DNA from: Candidatus Marinacidobacterales bacterium
GTDB lineage: Bacteria; Acidobacteriota; Vicinamibacteria; Marinacidobacterales; SMYC01
Direction of reading: 5' to 3'
NCBI GenBank assembly: GCA_965237955.1
Contig: OZ250169.1
Span: 3,904,001-3,968,000 of the forward strand
Length of the DNA: 64,000 nt
The notes beneath the pieces were generated by a model. The model had not been told where the DNA came from. It saw only the letters and a program-made list of their open reading frames with translations, and did not search any database. Positions 1-10,850 of this stretch are shown here, in pieces. A program made the translations under genes and the position numbers. The stretch's first letter is position 1. Every line of letters starts with the position of its first letter.

Positions 1-1
1 C

Positions 2-766
2 CGTCGCACGTGCGACCGGGAGCGTCGCGTTCAAGCTCGAGAAGTACGACCGCGTGATGCAGCCGCGATTGCACGGTCCGCAATAATGACAAGGCGCGCG
101 TCCGTTGTGCGCTTCGGTGAGCACGGCGCAGCGGCCAATCGTGAGCATGCGCCCATCGGCGAACTTGCCTTTGAGCGCATCGCGAACGTGACGCTCCGCG
201 CAATTGAGCTCCATCGGCGGCAGAAACTTACCGTCGGGAAGCTGAGGCAAGCCCTCTTTCTGACCGCTGATCCCAACGAACTCTTCGACGTAGTCGTACC
301 ACGGTGCAATGTCTTCGTAACGGATGGGCCAATCGACGCCGACGCCATCTTTCGCGTTGGCTTCGAAGTCGAGGTCGCTCCAGCGATACGTCTGACGCCC
401 CCACGTGATCGAGCGCCCTCCGACTTGACGCCCTCGAATCCAGTCGAACGGTTTGTCCTTGGGGAAGGTGTACGGGTTCTCGCGGTCGTTGACGAAAAAC
501 TTGCTCGACCACTCGGTACACGCGTAGCAGTTCTTCTGTATAGGCTGGTCTCGAGACTGACGGGCGCGATTGCGAAACCCGCGGAACTTCAAATCCCAGG
601 GCTGCACGTGCTCGACGTAGTCTTGGGCCGGGTTAACAGGCCGACCCGCTTCGAGAACGAGTGTTTCGAGTCCTCTTTCGGTGAGCTCCTTCGCGGCATA
701 GCCGCCGGTGATGCCCGAGCCCACGACGATGGCGTCGTACTCTTTACGTTGCACGAGAGCGACCAC
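2..766 (-). CDS. GMC-family oxidoreductase (partial, runs off left edge)
   Basis: Manual translation from GTG at 766: YDAIVVGSGITGGYAAKELTERG FAD-binding motif, GRQVGGRSITWG, CHYCGPC; starts just after the stop of the subunit-3 gene. Confidence 0.9.
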   Translation of the reverse strand, partial: MVALVQRKEYDAIVVGSGITGGYAAKELTERGLETLVLEAGRPVNPAQDYVEHVQPWDLKFRGFRNRARQSRDQPIQKNCYACTEWSSKFFVNDRENPYTFPKDKPFDWIRGRQVGGRSITWGRQTYRWSDLDFEANAKDGVGVDWPIRYEDIAPWYDYVEEFVGISGQKEGLPQLPDGKFLPPMELNCAERHVRDALKGKFADGRMLTIGRCAVLTEAHNGRAPCHYCGPCNRGCITRSYFSSLNATLPVARAT

Positions 767-767
767 G

Positions 768-1373
768 CTACACCTCGATCTTCCTGACGGGAGCGCAGCC
801 GTCGTATGAGCCGGGGAAAACCTCGTGTTGAAGCTCCTGCTCCATGCCGACCTTGGACGTGTAGTAGCCGTAGAGCGTGAGCCATTTCATCACTGCGAAA
901 AAAGGTTGCTCGGCCGGCGAGTCCGACGCCACCATCGGGCCGCCGATCTGTAGTCGTGGATTCTGGAGCTCGAGAGCTTCCTCTTCGAGCTTGCTCAGCG
1001 CGGCAACTTGCGCCGCTTCGTCGAGATCGACGAACCGCTGAGCGTCCGACCCGTTCATGTCGAGTCCGGCCAGACCGCGCTCGAAACTCGTGCGCTCATC
1101 CTCGCTGAACCAATCCGTTAGCATGACGTCGACGAACTCGTTCACCTTCGCCGCTTTCGCTCCCGGCGTATCGGTCTCGGGAATGATGAGCTCGGAGACG
1201 ACGATCACCGTCTCGTTCTGAAGCGGATCGAGGCTTTTGAAAATGTGGCGATCGATCTCGCCGAGATCTTGAAGTTGGGCGTGCGTCTCGCTCGCGAGCG
1301 CAAAGAGCTCGGTAGCAGAAAGCTGAGCCAGCGCCGCCACTCCCATCGATTTCAGAACCTGTCGTCGATCCAT
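768..1373 (-). CDS. Gluconate 2-dehydrogenase subunit 3 family protein (Tat signal)
   Basis: MDRRQVLK twin-arginine start, IIPETDTPGA and TLYGYYTS motifs; adjacent to GMC gene. Confidence 0.88.
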   Translation of the reverse strand: MDRRQVLKSMGVAALAQLSATELFALASETHAQLQDLGEIDRHIFKSLDPLQNETVIVVSELIIPETDTPGAKAAKVNEFVDVMLTDWFSEDERTSFERGLAGLDMNGSDAQRFVDLDEAAQVAALSKLEEEALELQNPRLQIGGPMVASDSPAEQPFFAVMKWLTLYGYYTSKVGMEQELQHEVFPGSYDGCAPVRKIEV

Positions 1374-1463
1374 GGCTACCTCACTGCCTGACTTGGAATG
1401 CGAAGATATCACACAAGCCCACTCGGAAGCCGACTGATGTACTATTCCGCTACGATACGCCCC

Positions 1464-2193
1464 ATGCTTTGGTTCCTGCTCTGCGCGATGCTCGCGCCGC
1501 CAACAGAAAGCCTTTCGGTGTTGATCTACAGCAAAACCGCGCCCTACTACGGGCGGGACTTCGAATACCGCCACGAGGCCATCCCCGAAGCGACGGCGGC
1601 GATCCGGGCTATCGGCGAGCGCGAGGGATGGATCGTCGAGGCGACCGAAGACGCCTCTCGATTCAACGACGAGACGCTCGCGCGCTTCGACGTGGTTGTC
1701 TTTCTGTTGACGACGGGCGATGTTCTGGGCGTCAAGGAGGAGGCAGCGTTCGAGCGATTCATCCGCTCGGGTAAGGGCTACGTCGGCATCCACTCGGCCT
1801 CCGACACCGAGCACGCATGGCCGTGGTACGGGGAGCTCGTGGGCGCTTACTTCAAAGACCACCCGTCGGTTCGAGAAGCAACCTACACCGTCGAAGACCG
1901 CTCGCACCCTGCGTCGAAGGACCTGCCCAAACGGTGGACGCGCACTGACGAGCACTATAATTTCCATACGAACCCGCGCCCAAACGTCCACGTCTTGATG
2001 GCGCTCGATGAGTCGAGCTACGACGTCGGCGACAGCGCCATGGGGAGACCACCCGATCGCGTGGTATCACGACTACGACGGCGGGCGAGCATTCTACACG
2101 GCGCTCGGTCACGTGAAAGACTCCTACGACGATCCTTTGGTCCTTGGCCACCTCGAAGGCGGAATCGCCTGGGCGGGCTCGAAGGAGCCGTAG
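1464..2193 (+). CDS. ThuA-like domain protein (frameshift near 2043, probably sequencing error)
   Basis: HEAIP, FLLTTGDVL, GYVGIHSASDT, DEHYNF; continues in another frame as DHPIAWYHDYDGGRAFYTALGH. Confidence 0.85.
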
Positions 2194-2239
2194 GGCTACC
2201 CTCGTATGTGATAGCTTCTGTTCTTGGCGCAAGGAGGAA

Positions 2240-2350
2240 GGCCGTGATATTCTCGGCCACGTGGTCAATCTCTACTCCACCAAGACTGCGCTCATCGATG
2301 GCGAAGTAGAGCTCACCTACGCGCGGGCGCACGAGCGTGTTCACCGTCGT
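2240..2350 (+). pseudogene. AMP-binding (acyl-CoA synthetase-like) N-terminal fragment
   Basis: LYSTKTALIDGEVELTYARAHERV resembles adenylate-forming enzyme N-termini; no continuation. Confidence 0.4.
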
Positions 2351-2449
2351 GATTTCGAAGAGCGAAAGGCAGGTTATCCCTTCGTCACGTTGCTACCCGC
2401 CGATCGCAAGGCGCCGAAATCGATTCGATAGCAAAAAAAGGAGAAACTC

Positions 2450-3664
2450 ATGAGCTCACTCGACCGCCGCACTTTCTTGAAGACCACCGCGGCTAGTCTC
2501 GCGGTTGTGCCTGCGAGCCGGGCGCTGGCAGCGCCCTCCGACGACGACCCTCTGGGTGTGCGCCACGACTTCCCAGTCACCGACACGCTTACCTACCTCA
2601 ACACTGCCGCCCGCGGACCTTTTTCGAGAGCGGTGAGGGATGCCACCGTCGCTTATGCGGACGTGAAGATGCGCACGGGTTTCGCCGCCCGCAGGGACCA
2701 GATTCGAGAGGAGGCGCGCGAGCGGTTTGCCGCGCTATTCGGCGCCAAGCCCGAAGAGATCGCCATTCTCTACTCCACGAGCGACGGTGAGAACATCGTC
2801 GCCAGCGCTCTCGACCTCGGAGCTGGCGACAACGTCGTCATCGACGAGCTCCACTTCGTGACGAGCTTCGTCCTGTACCGAGAACTCGAGAAAGAGAAAG
2901 GCATCGAGCTCCGTATCGTGCCTCAGCGAAACGGTCGCTCGGACATGGAGGATTTCGACGCCCGCATCGATGGCAAAACGAAGCTCGTGTCGGTGGCGTG
3001 GGTCTCGAATCGTAACGGCTTTCGCGAGGACGTGCGAGGCCTGGCGGAGTTGGCGCACCGCAAGGGCGCTTTCCTCTACGCCGACAGCGTCCAGGCCATC
3101 GGAAACTTCCCCACCAGCCTCACCGAGGAGGGCGTCGACTTCGCCACCACCAACGCGAACAAGTGGCTGTTCGCGAGCTACGGCGCCGCGCCTTTCTTCG
3201 TCCGTGAGGAGCTCCTCGATCGGATCCACCCGGACCGCTACGGTCACGGGCAGACCAAGGAGTCGCTCGACAACTACCACTACCAACTGCGAACGACGGC
3301 GAGCAAGTACGAGTACGCGGCCCCCGCGTACAACATCGTCTATCAGCTGAACGCGGGCCTCGGGTACTTGAAAGAAGTCGGCCTCCACCGCATCGAAAAG
3401 CACACCGTGGCGCTCGCCCACGAGCTAAGAGACGGGCTTGCGAGTCTCGGATTCGACATCTGGACGCCTCCCAAGAACAACTCCCCTATCGTCAGCTTCG
3501 CTCACGGACGAGAGACTGACGAAATGAAGAAGCTCTTCGACAAGGAGGGCATCGTCGTCACCTTCCGCGAGAAGGAGGGTTCGGTGATTCGGTCGTCGGT
3601 CTCGCTGTTCAACAACCGAGCGGATATTCAGAAGCTGCTGAAGGTGCTGGAGACGATCGCTTAG
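2450..3664 (+). CDS. Class V PLP aminotransferase / cysteine desulfurase-like, Tat signal
   Basis: DRRTFLK Tat motif, YLNTAARGP, YADSVQAIG, NANKWL (PLP lysine). Confidence 0.88.
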   Translation: MSSLDRRTFLKTTAASLAVVPASRALAAPSDDDPLGVRHDFPVTDTLTYLNTAARGPFSRAVRDATVAYADVKMRTGFAARRDQIREEARERFAALFGAKPEEIAILYSTSDGENIVASALDLGAGDNVVIDELHFVTSFVLYRELEKEKGIELRIVPQRNGRSDMEDFDARIDGKTKLVSVAWVSNRNGFREDVRGLAELAHRKGAFLYADSVQAIGNFPTSLTEEGVDFATTNANKWLFASYGAAPFFVREELLDRIHPDRYGHGQTKESLDNYHYQLRTTASKYEYAAPAYNIVYQLNAGLGYLKEVGLHRIEKHTVALAHELRDGLASLGFDIWTPPKNNSPIVSFAHGRETDEMKKLFDKEGIVVTFREKEGSVIRSSVSLFNNRADIQKLLKVLETIA

Positions 3665-4740
3665 TGGTGCTTCCGCCATCAAGTGATGGAATGGACTCGC
3701 TGGCATGGCTTCGTTTCACCAGCCTGGACGGTGCGGTACTCGGCGATAGCGCTCGAACAATAGCGGCGGCCGAGGTTTTGCAGCGATGCAAAGAGGAATA
3801 CTCGTGATTCGGGGACGAGTTTAGCGCGGCACTCGCCGGTCGCAACTGTCCGCCTTTTGTCCGTGTTCCCTATCCAACCGCACCCGACTAGCACCATGCG
3901 AAAGGCGCGTGTAGACGTCGAAAGGGTGTGGTTCATAGGGTTGAGTGGGGACCGGTGGGGGGGCGTGATGTACCACCCACCCAAAGAAATATCTCAGCAA
4001 GAGACTCGCGTGGATGTGTCCCCCTCGGAGTCGCTGCCCGGATCTGCCCCGAAGCGGACCAGAACGCCCTGCTCAGAAGGCCGTGAACCCGAGCCAGACA
4101 CCCCAAGCGATGAGCAGCAAGCCCGTTACTCTTCCGACCGCGACGCCAGCGAGCATCACCTTCTCCTTGAGAACGAACAACGCCAGGCCAACTATCCAAA
4201 TTAGGTTCATTACGCCCCCATAGAACAGGAGAGCCATTAGAAACCAACAACACCCGAGACAGAACACACCATGCTCAATGCCCATCCTGAATGCCCCCCC
4301 GACCCCGGGCCACCAATGCGTAGACAGAAAGCTAATCGGGGACCTGCAATGGCGCAGGCATACTGTTTTTAGTGGGGTTAGTTGCCAGACACCGGCCGCT
4401 AGCAACAAACCCGAACCCAAGAGGTTGCTTGTCGACATCATCATGGCGGATAGAAGTTCTCCGCGCTCGAGCCCCCATTGCGCAATTACCGCAACCAGAC
4501 TGAACGCTCCCCAGATAGCCAAATAGCCGGCGATGAACGCTGTCGTGGTCGAATGAAGTCGGTGTGGACCGGAGGTTGGCCTCGCGTTTTCATTACGCTC
4601 CAGTCCCTTTCGGGTTACCGCAGCGTGCAAAAGCACCATAGGCGCTGCGCTCGGCAGCATCATTGCAATCATCATGAGCCACCACATCGAAAACATGAGA
4701 AGCGCATAGCCGGGCGTCCACGTGACCGGTGACATCAACA

Positions 4741-6169
4741 GAGGATGTCAAGGAATTAGTTGAAACCATCATAAGCGACTCGTGGTCATTTCCAGCTCTA
4801 CGCCCCTGACCTTACGCGGCCTCAGGCATCTCGTCCTCTCGTTGGATCGCATCGATGGCCGCAACCACTACGTCGATGGATGCGTGCCCCTTGACTCGTC
4901 TGAACTGTTGTTCGCAGTGCAGCAGCACAGCGGCGAGCCATCGCTGGCGCATTTTGCTGTTACGGTAGCGTTTGATGTTGCGCTCGCAACTACGAACCAT
5001 GGAGAACATACTCTCTATAGGATTCGTCGAGTGCAGGCTCTGGCGCAGTAGAGCGGGGACCTTCAACTTGTGGAGCATCAGCACCTCCTCGAGTGCCTCG
5101 AGGAGTGAGTCTGCCGCCGACTCGTTGATGTCGCGAAGCCAGCGCTCGAACTCCTGCAACATCTTCTTCGCGTCCTTGTAGCTGTTCTGCTCCAAGGCAG
5201 TCGCGAAGAGGTGGTGTACCTGCTTGCGGTAGCGTTTGGGCAGGTGGCGCTGGATGTTGCGGTCTTTGTGCAAAGTACACCGCTGGTGGATGAGCTTCTT
5301 GCCGTATCGGTCTTTGAGCGCCTTGATGATCCCCCCGCCACCATCGGTTACCCAGAGGATCCGTTTGGAGAGCTTTAACCCCCGTCGCTCCAACTCTTCC
5401 AGCAATTCCTCGCAGATCTCGTGGTTCTCCGTCGCCCCTTCCCAGAAGCCCAGGGGGAGCTTTTTCCCTTCACGGTCCACGCCGAGCGCGACCACGAACG
5501 CCTGACCGCCGCGGTGGACCGTGTCTAGGTACATCGCGAAGAGCGGAAACTCTTCGAGACTGCGCTCCTGGAACTGCTTCAGCTGCTTCGCCGTCGCCTC
5601 GACCAGATGGCGGGACACCGAGCTCGGCGTCACACCGAAAGCCTTGCCTGCCGCCGTCACCGTCTCTTCGTACTTGCGAGCAGACATTCCCCGAAGCACC
5701 TCCGACAGGAGTTCCTCCGAAAAGCCCCCGCGATTCTTGAGCTGCTCGTAGGTTCTCAGCCCGACCTCACCCTCCGGGCCCCGCAATCGAGGGTGCTCGA
5801 CAGGGAGCTTCTGGTCACCGACATAGATCGACCCACGTTGACTCGCCCATTTGCGAAGCCCGGACGACGTAGGATGGTAGTCTGGCCCAGATCTCTCTTC
5901 GCGCTCCATGTACATGAGCGTCTCAGCTACCAGGCGTCCGACATCGAGCATCGCGGCGTCCAGCGCTCGCTTGCCCTCCAGCATCACATGCACAACTTGA
6001 TCCGCCCACCACTCTTGCTCCTGCGTCGCCCTCAGCATCTGTGTTGCATTCTTTCTCTTCTTCGTATCTGCTCTCACCGGGTGGCTCCTTTCTTTTTGAT
6101 CGCCAGCTTTGACACCGACGATCTTGAAGGGAGTCACTCACCGATTTCAACTAGATTCAGGATATCCTC
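4741..6169 (-). mobile_element. IS256-family insertion sequence
   Basis: Imperfect 25-bp IRs (GAGGATGTCAAGGAATTAGTTGAAA / GAGGATATCCTGAATCTAGTTGAAA); 8-bp TSD CATCAACA at 4733-4740 and 6170-6177. Confidence 0.93.
4812..6137 (-). CDS. IS256-family transposase
   Basis: MYLD, VTDG, QRCTLHKDRN, STNPIES motifs; exact start uncertain. Confidence 0.93.
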   Translation of the reverse strand: MTPFKIVGVKAGDQKERSHPVRADTKKRKNATQMLRATQEQEWWADQVVHVMLEGKRALDAAMLDVGRLVAETLMYMEREERSGPDYHPTSSGLRKWASQRGSIYVGDQKLPVEHPRLRGPEGEVGLRTYEQLKNRGGFSEELLSEVLRGMSARKYEETVTAAGKAFGVTPSSVSRHLVEATAKQLKQFQERSLEEFPLFAMYLDTVHRGGQAFVVALGVDREGKKLPLGFWEGATENHEICEELLEELERRGLKLSKRILWVTDGGGGIIKALKDRYGKKLIHQRCTLHKDRNIQRHLPKRYRKQVHHLFATALEQNSYKDAKKMLQEFERWLRDINESAADSLLEALEEVLMLHKLKVPALLRQSLHSTNPIESMFSMVRSCERNIKRYRNSKMRQRWLAAVLLHCEQQFRRVKGHASIDVVVAAIDAIQREDEMPEAA

Positions 6170-6584
6170 CATCAACATGTCTGCGGTGCTCGAGCGGCCG
6201 TTCGACGCCGTCATCGTCTCGTGGCCGGGCATGCTGGCCATGCTCGGTATCGATGAGTCCATACTCATTTGGGAAGGAATAAGTACGGCCATCTCGTGGG
6301 GATACATGCCGGTGCCCGCCCCGGCTAAGAGATACAGCCAACATGCTGTAATGACAGTCACGAGAACGCACGTCACTACTTGCCGGTCTCGACGAAGGCC
6401 CGCCTCAAGAACGTCAGAAGAATTCACGGGATAACGCTTCGTCTTGGTTAGAAAAAACCCGACGTAGTGTCGGGCTTTCTCCATAGCGCTCGTCACAAAT
6501 TAAGCTGGTTTACGGCCTAAGGCTTTCTCTTCGATGACGAACTCACCGTTCTGCCCCACTGCCGTCATTCACGGGAGCGCGGAC

Positions 6585-7253
6585 TCATACGCCAAGCCAT
6601 GCTGTGAGCCTTGATCTTTCGCGGACCAAGCCATCCTGATTGAAGTGGTGAACACAATAATGCGCCCATGAATCTTCGAACGCCATCTCCATATCACCCG
6701 TCACCGAGGTCGTGCCTAGTCCGATCTCTGCGTAGGTAAACTCGAAACTGCCACTAGGGCGTGCCAACGCAATGTGGAACGGTTGACCATTAAACTCGTT
6801 GATTATCGGTCTGCCGCTGCTTCTCATGATGCCCGGTATATCAACCCTTGCGGTTCTGAGTTCCAAGTTCGCTTCGAGACCAATCGGCAGGAACAATGTC
6901 TCGCAAAATTCCGAGCATGTGGCCGCGAATACGGAGAAAAGATTGCTCAATGGTTCGCATGCGCCGCCCGAGATAATTGTTTCAAGTGCAGCCCGTTGAG
7001 CTTCATCCGCGCGTTCTTCGATAACGATCTGGCGTTTTCCGTTTCCCTCCCCGATTTCCCCAGGCCACTTGTACAGCCCCGCCCAATTCAGCCCCGCGAG
7101 CGGCGTATCGTTGAAATGGCCTTCAACGATGTTACCGACGAAGGCCGACTGACAATAGCCGTGGGTGCTCGGCAAGTTGAACTGGCAACCGCAATTCACA
7201 GCGCAATTGCAGTTATCATAAGTTTCGCTCTTGAATAGCCATTGATCAGCCAT
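6585..7253 (-). CDS. DUF1326 domain protein
   Basis: N-terminal CNCAVNCGC, WPGEIGEGNG, ERADEAQRAAL; usual neighbour of DUF2182. Confidence 0.85.
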   Translation of the reverse strand: MADQWLFKSETYDNCNCAVNCGCQFNLPSTHGYCQSAFVGNIVEGHFNDTPLAGLNWAGLYKWPGEIGEGNGKRQIVIEERADEAQRAALETIISGGACEPLSNLFSVFAATCSEFCETLFLPIGLEANLELRTARVDIPGIMRSSGRPIINEFNGQPFHIALARPSGSFEFTYAEIGLGTTSVTGDMEMAFEDSWAHYCVHHFNQDGLVRERSRLTAWLGV

Positions 7254-7479
7254 CTCGCCGAGCCTCCACTAGTCCGTCATTCAGTGTACCTCTGAAAGCA
7301 TATGCTGGGGCGTCACCGCTGTCTAGAACGACTTGAACTTAGAGAATTAGATCCAGCACGCTGCTTGGAAACGGGTGGAATTGCGCCCGACGGGTGCGGA
7401 AGGAGGTTGCAGGTGGGCGCGGGTATGCGGAAGAAGCAGCCGCTGGGGAAGTGAGCCTAGGACAGGCTGTCACCCTTTG

Positions 7480-7806
7480 TCAGTCGCAGCCGCTAGCGAT
7501 GATCAGGGCGCGGCAAACTCTCGCCATTTTCTCCGCCGTCACAGAACCCACGAAGCGAACGAGCTCGTGTTGTGTGACGGTGAAAACGTTGCACAGATTC
7601 ACGCACGACGGCTTCTTCAGTCCTTCGTCCACACCGACTTCAACTTCTGTCGGTGCGCCGCGCAGTGTCGACGTGACCGCCACCACCGTAACGGTGTGTA
7701 GAGCCCGAATGAGCGACGGGCGGCTCAGGAGAAGAACAGGACGACGTTTGTCTGGCTTGGGACGATCCAGAAGCCAGAGTTCGCCTCGGTTCAGTCCTCG
7801 GGCCAT
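7480..7806 (-). CDS. mazF: PemK/MazF-family toxin
   Basis: RGELWL, KRRPVLLLS, VVAVTST, GLKKPSCVN. Confidence 0.9.
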   Translation of the reverse strand: MARGLNRGELWLLDRPKPDKRRPVLLLSRPSLIRALHTVTVVAVTSTLRGAPTEVEVGVDEGLKKPSCVNLCNVFTVTQHELVRFVGSVTAEKMARVCRALIIASGCD

Positions 7807-8033
7807 GCCTGAGTGCCCACAAGATCCGCAACCTCGTCGAGCATCTTGTCCGCGCAACCCTCATAGGCGCGGCTGAGCTCGTCATCGATCTCGTGGCGTC
7901 TCTTGGCCTTAAGATAGAGCTGGATGGCCGAACGAATAAAAGCCGACCGGCCGCGCTCCTGGACTTCCGGCTCCCGGTCGATTCGCTTCAGAAGGTCTTG
8001 ATCCATAGACACCTGGATCGCTTGCATCGACAT
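7791..8033 (-). CDS. Ribbon-helix-helix (CopG-like) antitoxin
   Basis: IQVSMDQDLLKRID...RSAFIRSAI; overlaps the toxin start. Confidence 0.85.
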   Translation of the reverse strand: MSMQAIQVSMDQDLLKRIDREPEVQERGRSAFIRSAIQLYLKAKRRHEIDDELSRAYEGCADKMLDEVADLVGTQAWPED

Positions 8034-8162
8034 AATGGTATTATACTACATATCTATGTGGTGACTTATGTTGGGTGGTCCGACTCCGAACCTGTCGAGT
8101 AGCCTGGACGTTGCCTGCCCGCCGGACCCGCTAGTAATGAAACTCGTGGTGTCCACACCCAA

Positions 8163-9929
8163 TCAGGGACTCTTGCACACCATGTTCAAAACGGCCTGAC
8201 GTCCCTCATTGCGGACCGCTCGGAGCGCCCGCTCCAGCGCGGGGCGGACCTCCTCCGGTCGCGCGACTCGCTCGGCGTACCCACCACTTGCCTTGACAAG
8301 CAGCTCAAAGTGCGGAGACGGCTCGAGGGTGCTGAGAGGCACCTGGTCGAGTCTGCGCGTCCAACTTTCTGGATACATCCTCGAGTTCGCTTCCTGAACC
8401 GCACCCCATGCTTTATTGTTGAAAATGATGGTGAGGACCGGTAGCGCGTAAGCGTGGGACACAAAGTGACATGGGATTGGATTACCAAACATGTAAGCTC
8501 CATCACCCACAGTCGCGATCACGAGGCGCTCTGGCGCGGCGAGCTTCGCGCCCAGTGCCGCGCCGAGTCCCCATCCGAGACCGCTCGCCGAGGAGCTGCC
8601 AAAGAAGGTTCCAGGCGTTGTCAGCTCGACCTGGGTGGTCACAAGATCGTACTCATTCACGATTATCGTGTCATCATCCTTGACGTCGTCGATACATCGT
8701 GAAATCCACTGCGGGTCGAGCGGACTGTCGTCGCGAGCGCGCTCCGAGGCCGCGCGCCACTCGTCGCGTTGGCTATCGTGAAGACTCTTCAACCGCTGAA
8801 ACCTCTCTTCGACTCGACGTCGTAGAGTCTCCCGATGGGGAGTGAGGGCGTCGGCCAACAGTTGTAGTGTCACCGCGGGATCGGCCTGGATCAGAATGTC
8901 GCTCGGGAAGCTTCGCATGGGGTATCGCGCGTAGAGTGGGTCGACTCCGATGTGGATCACTTTGCCGCGCACCGGTGGGTCGTTGTCACACGGCAACCAC
9001 GGGACGTCGCTTTCGATCGCGACGATCACATCGGCTTCGTTCACGAACGGCTCGGTCGAGAAACCCAGATGGAGCGGATGCGTCGTGGGAAAACACATCG
9101 CCCGGCGGTTGAACTCGATCACCGGGATGGCAAGGCTCTCGGCAACCTTCACCAGGTTGGGTACGCAGCGCGGATCGCGGCCCGACATGGTGGTGACGAT
9201 CAATGGATGGTCGGCCGCTACCAAGGCCGACGCTGCGGCTTCGATTGCCTGTGGATCCGGGTGCAAGCGATGGCCGGTGTGACGTCTCGGTGGGGAGCTC
9301 ATGACGAGCTCGGTTTGCGGTTCGCTCAAGACCTCTCGGGGCAACGTCAAGTACACCGGGCCGCGGGGCTCGACCATCGCGATCTCGAGGGCTCGGTCCA
9401 CGACCTGTTCGAGTTGTGAGAACTGGCGCAGCTCGTAGTCCCACTTCACGTACTCCCGGACCATGGCCGCTTGATCGAAGGTCTCCTGAGCCCAATGAAT
9501 GTAGAGATTACGTGAGCCAGGAGCCCCGGCTTCGGTAATGGGTGTCCGACCGGCGGTAAAGAGAATGGGCACGCGGTCGCGTGAGGCGTTGATGATCCCG
9601 TTGAGTGCATTCGCCGTACCGACGTTGACGTGCACCATGACCGCCTGTGGCTCACCAGTGATCATGTAGTAGCCATACGCCATCGCCACTGCAGCGTTCT
9701 CGTGAGGAACCGTGATCGGGATCGGCGCATCACGCGCCTCGACGGCAGAACGCGCGAACGCCTCGATAATGGGCGCAAAATCGGTGCCTGCGTTGCCGAA
9801 GAAATACTTGATCCCACGGTCCCGCAATAATGCGAGATAGGATTGCGCCGTCGTTTCGACGTCGATCCGTTTCTCGGGCACCACCTCACTCCGTGGGCGC
9901 CGGTCCGCGCCGGCCTGCAGTAAGCTCAT
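8163..9929 (-). CDS. Thiamine pyrophosphate-dependent enzyme (acetolactate synthase-like)
   Basis: FGNAGTDF, PHENAAVAMA, GDGAYMF...FNN TPP motif; start approximate. Confidence 0.9.
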   Translation of the reverse strand: MSLLQAGADRRPRSEVVPEKRIDVETTAQSYLALLRDRGIKYFFGNAGTDFAPIIEAFARSAVEARDAPIPITVPHENAAVAMAYGYYMITGEPQAVMVHVNVGTANALNGIINASRDRVPILFTAGRTPITEAGAPGSRNLYIHWAQETFDQAAMVREYVKWDYELRQFSQLEQVVDRALEIAMVEPRGPVYLTLPREVLSEPQTELVMSSPPRRHTGHRLHPDPQAIEAAASALVAADHPLIVTTMSGRDPRCVPNLVKVAESLAIPVIEFNRRAMCFPTTHPLHLGFSTEPFVNEADVIVAIESDVPWLPCDNDPPVRGKVIHIGVDPLYARYPMRSFPSDILIQADPAVTLQLLADALTPHRETLRRRVEERFQRLKSLHDSQRDEWRAASERARDDSPLDPQWISRCIDDVKDDDTIIVNEYDLVTTQVELTTPGTFFGSSSASGLGWGLGAALGAKLAAPERLVIATVGDGAYMFGNPIPCHFVSHAYALPVLTIIFNNKAWGAVQEANSRMYPESWTRRLDQVPLSTLEPSPHFELLVKASGGYAERVARPEEVRPALERALRAVRNEGRQAVLNMVCKSP

Positions 9930-10019
9930 ATTACCATTCACTCGTGGGGCTGGTTGCTGGGGTAATGGATCTGATTTATGCTCTCGACAGCTTGGGAGAA
10001 GAGCCTGTTCACAAGGGCC

Positions 10020-10850
10020 TAGTCCCATGGAACAAAAAAAGCTAGACAACACCGGCCCTTCTGTGATCTGCTAAATGCATGAAACACAAGGGCCGGCGAA
10101 AAGCCGAATTGAAGCTGTCGTCTCAAGAAAGCGAAGCGCTGACGCGACTGGCGCGACGCAGCCGTAGTTCGCCGCACCAAGCCTTCCGAGCGAAGATCGT
10201 GCTGGATTGCGCGGCGGGTCTGACGAATATGGAAGTTGCTAGGAAGATGCACACCATGAGGAGCACGGTGGGCAAGTGGCGAAGACGCTTTGTAGAACAA
10301 CGAATGGAAGGGTTGTACGACGAACCTCGGCCGGGAGCGGCTCGCAAAATCGGCGATGACCAGATCGAGGAAGTCGTGACCAAGACGCTGGAGACGACTC
10401 CAAAGGGGAGAACCCATTGGAGTACGCGCTCGATGGCCAAGCATCTTTGGCTGAGTCATTCGACGATTGGACGTATTTGGCGAACGTTCGGGCTTCAACC
10501 GCACCGCTCGGAATCGTTTCGTCTCTCGCAAGACCCACAACTGGTCGAAAAAGTACGCGACGTTGTTGGCCTGTATATGAACCCACCGGATAACGCGGTC
10601 GTCCTGTGCGTCGACGAGAAATCGCAGATTCAAGCGCTCGAGCGTGCTCAACCTGTCCTGCCCATGAGCTTGGGCCAGCCCGAGCGACAAACCCACGACT
10701 ACATTCGGCATGGAACGACTGACCTGTTTGCCGCACTCGACGCCGCAACAGGTGAAGTCTTCGGAAAGTGCTACGCGCGACATCGAGCGCTAGAGTTCAA
10801 GAAGTTCCTCGCTGAGATCGAAGCAGCCGTTCCCAGCGAGTTGGACATCG
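10020..10850 (+). mobile_element. IS630-family element, 3'-truncated (transposase starts 10079)
   Basis: [34 protein letters not shown]; breaks off before the second catalytic Asp region and joins dctP sequence. Confidence 0.88.

Larger units (their letters stand above)
4073..6484 (-). pseudogene. DUF2182 predicted metal-binding membrane protein interrupted by IS256
   Basis: WWLMMIAMMLPS, QLTPLKTVCLRHCRSP, CLGCCW; N-terminal part 6170-6484 rejoins in frame (ADMLMSPVTW) when the IS and one TSD copy are removed. Confidence 0.88.

Noticed and set aside
7320-7480. Possible IS91/ISCR ori end
   Set aside because: Only a vague resemblance; no HUH transposase nearby.
8130-8162. Possible IS630 right end
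   Set aside because: Does not match the IS630 left end at ~10020.
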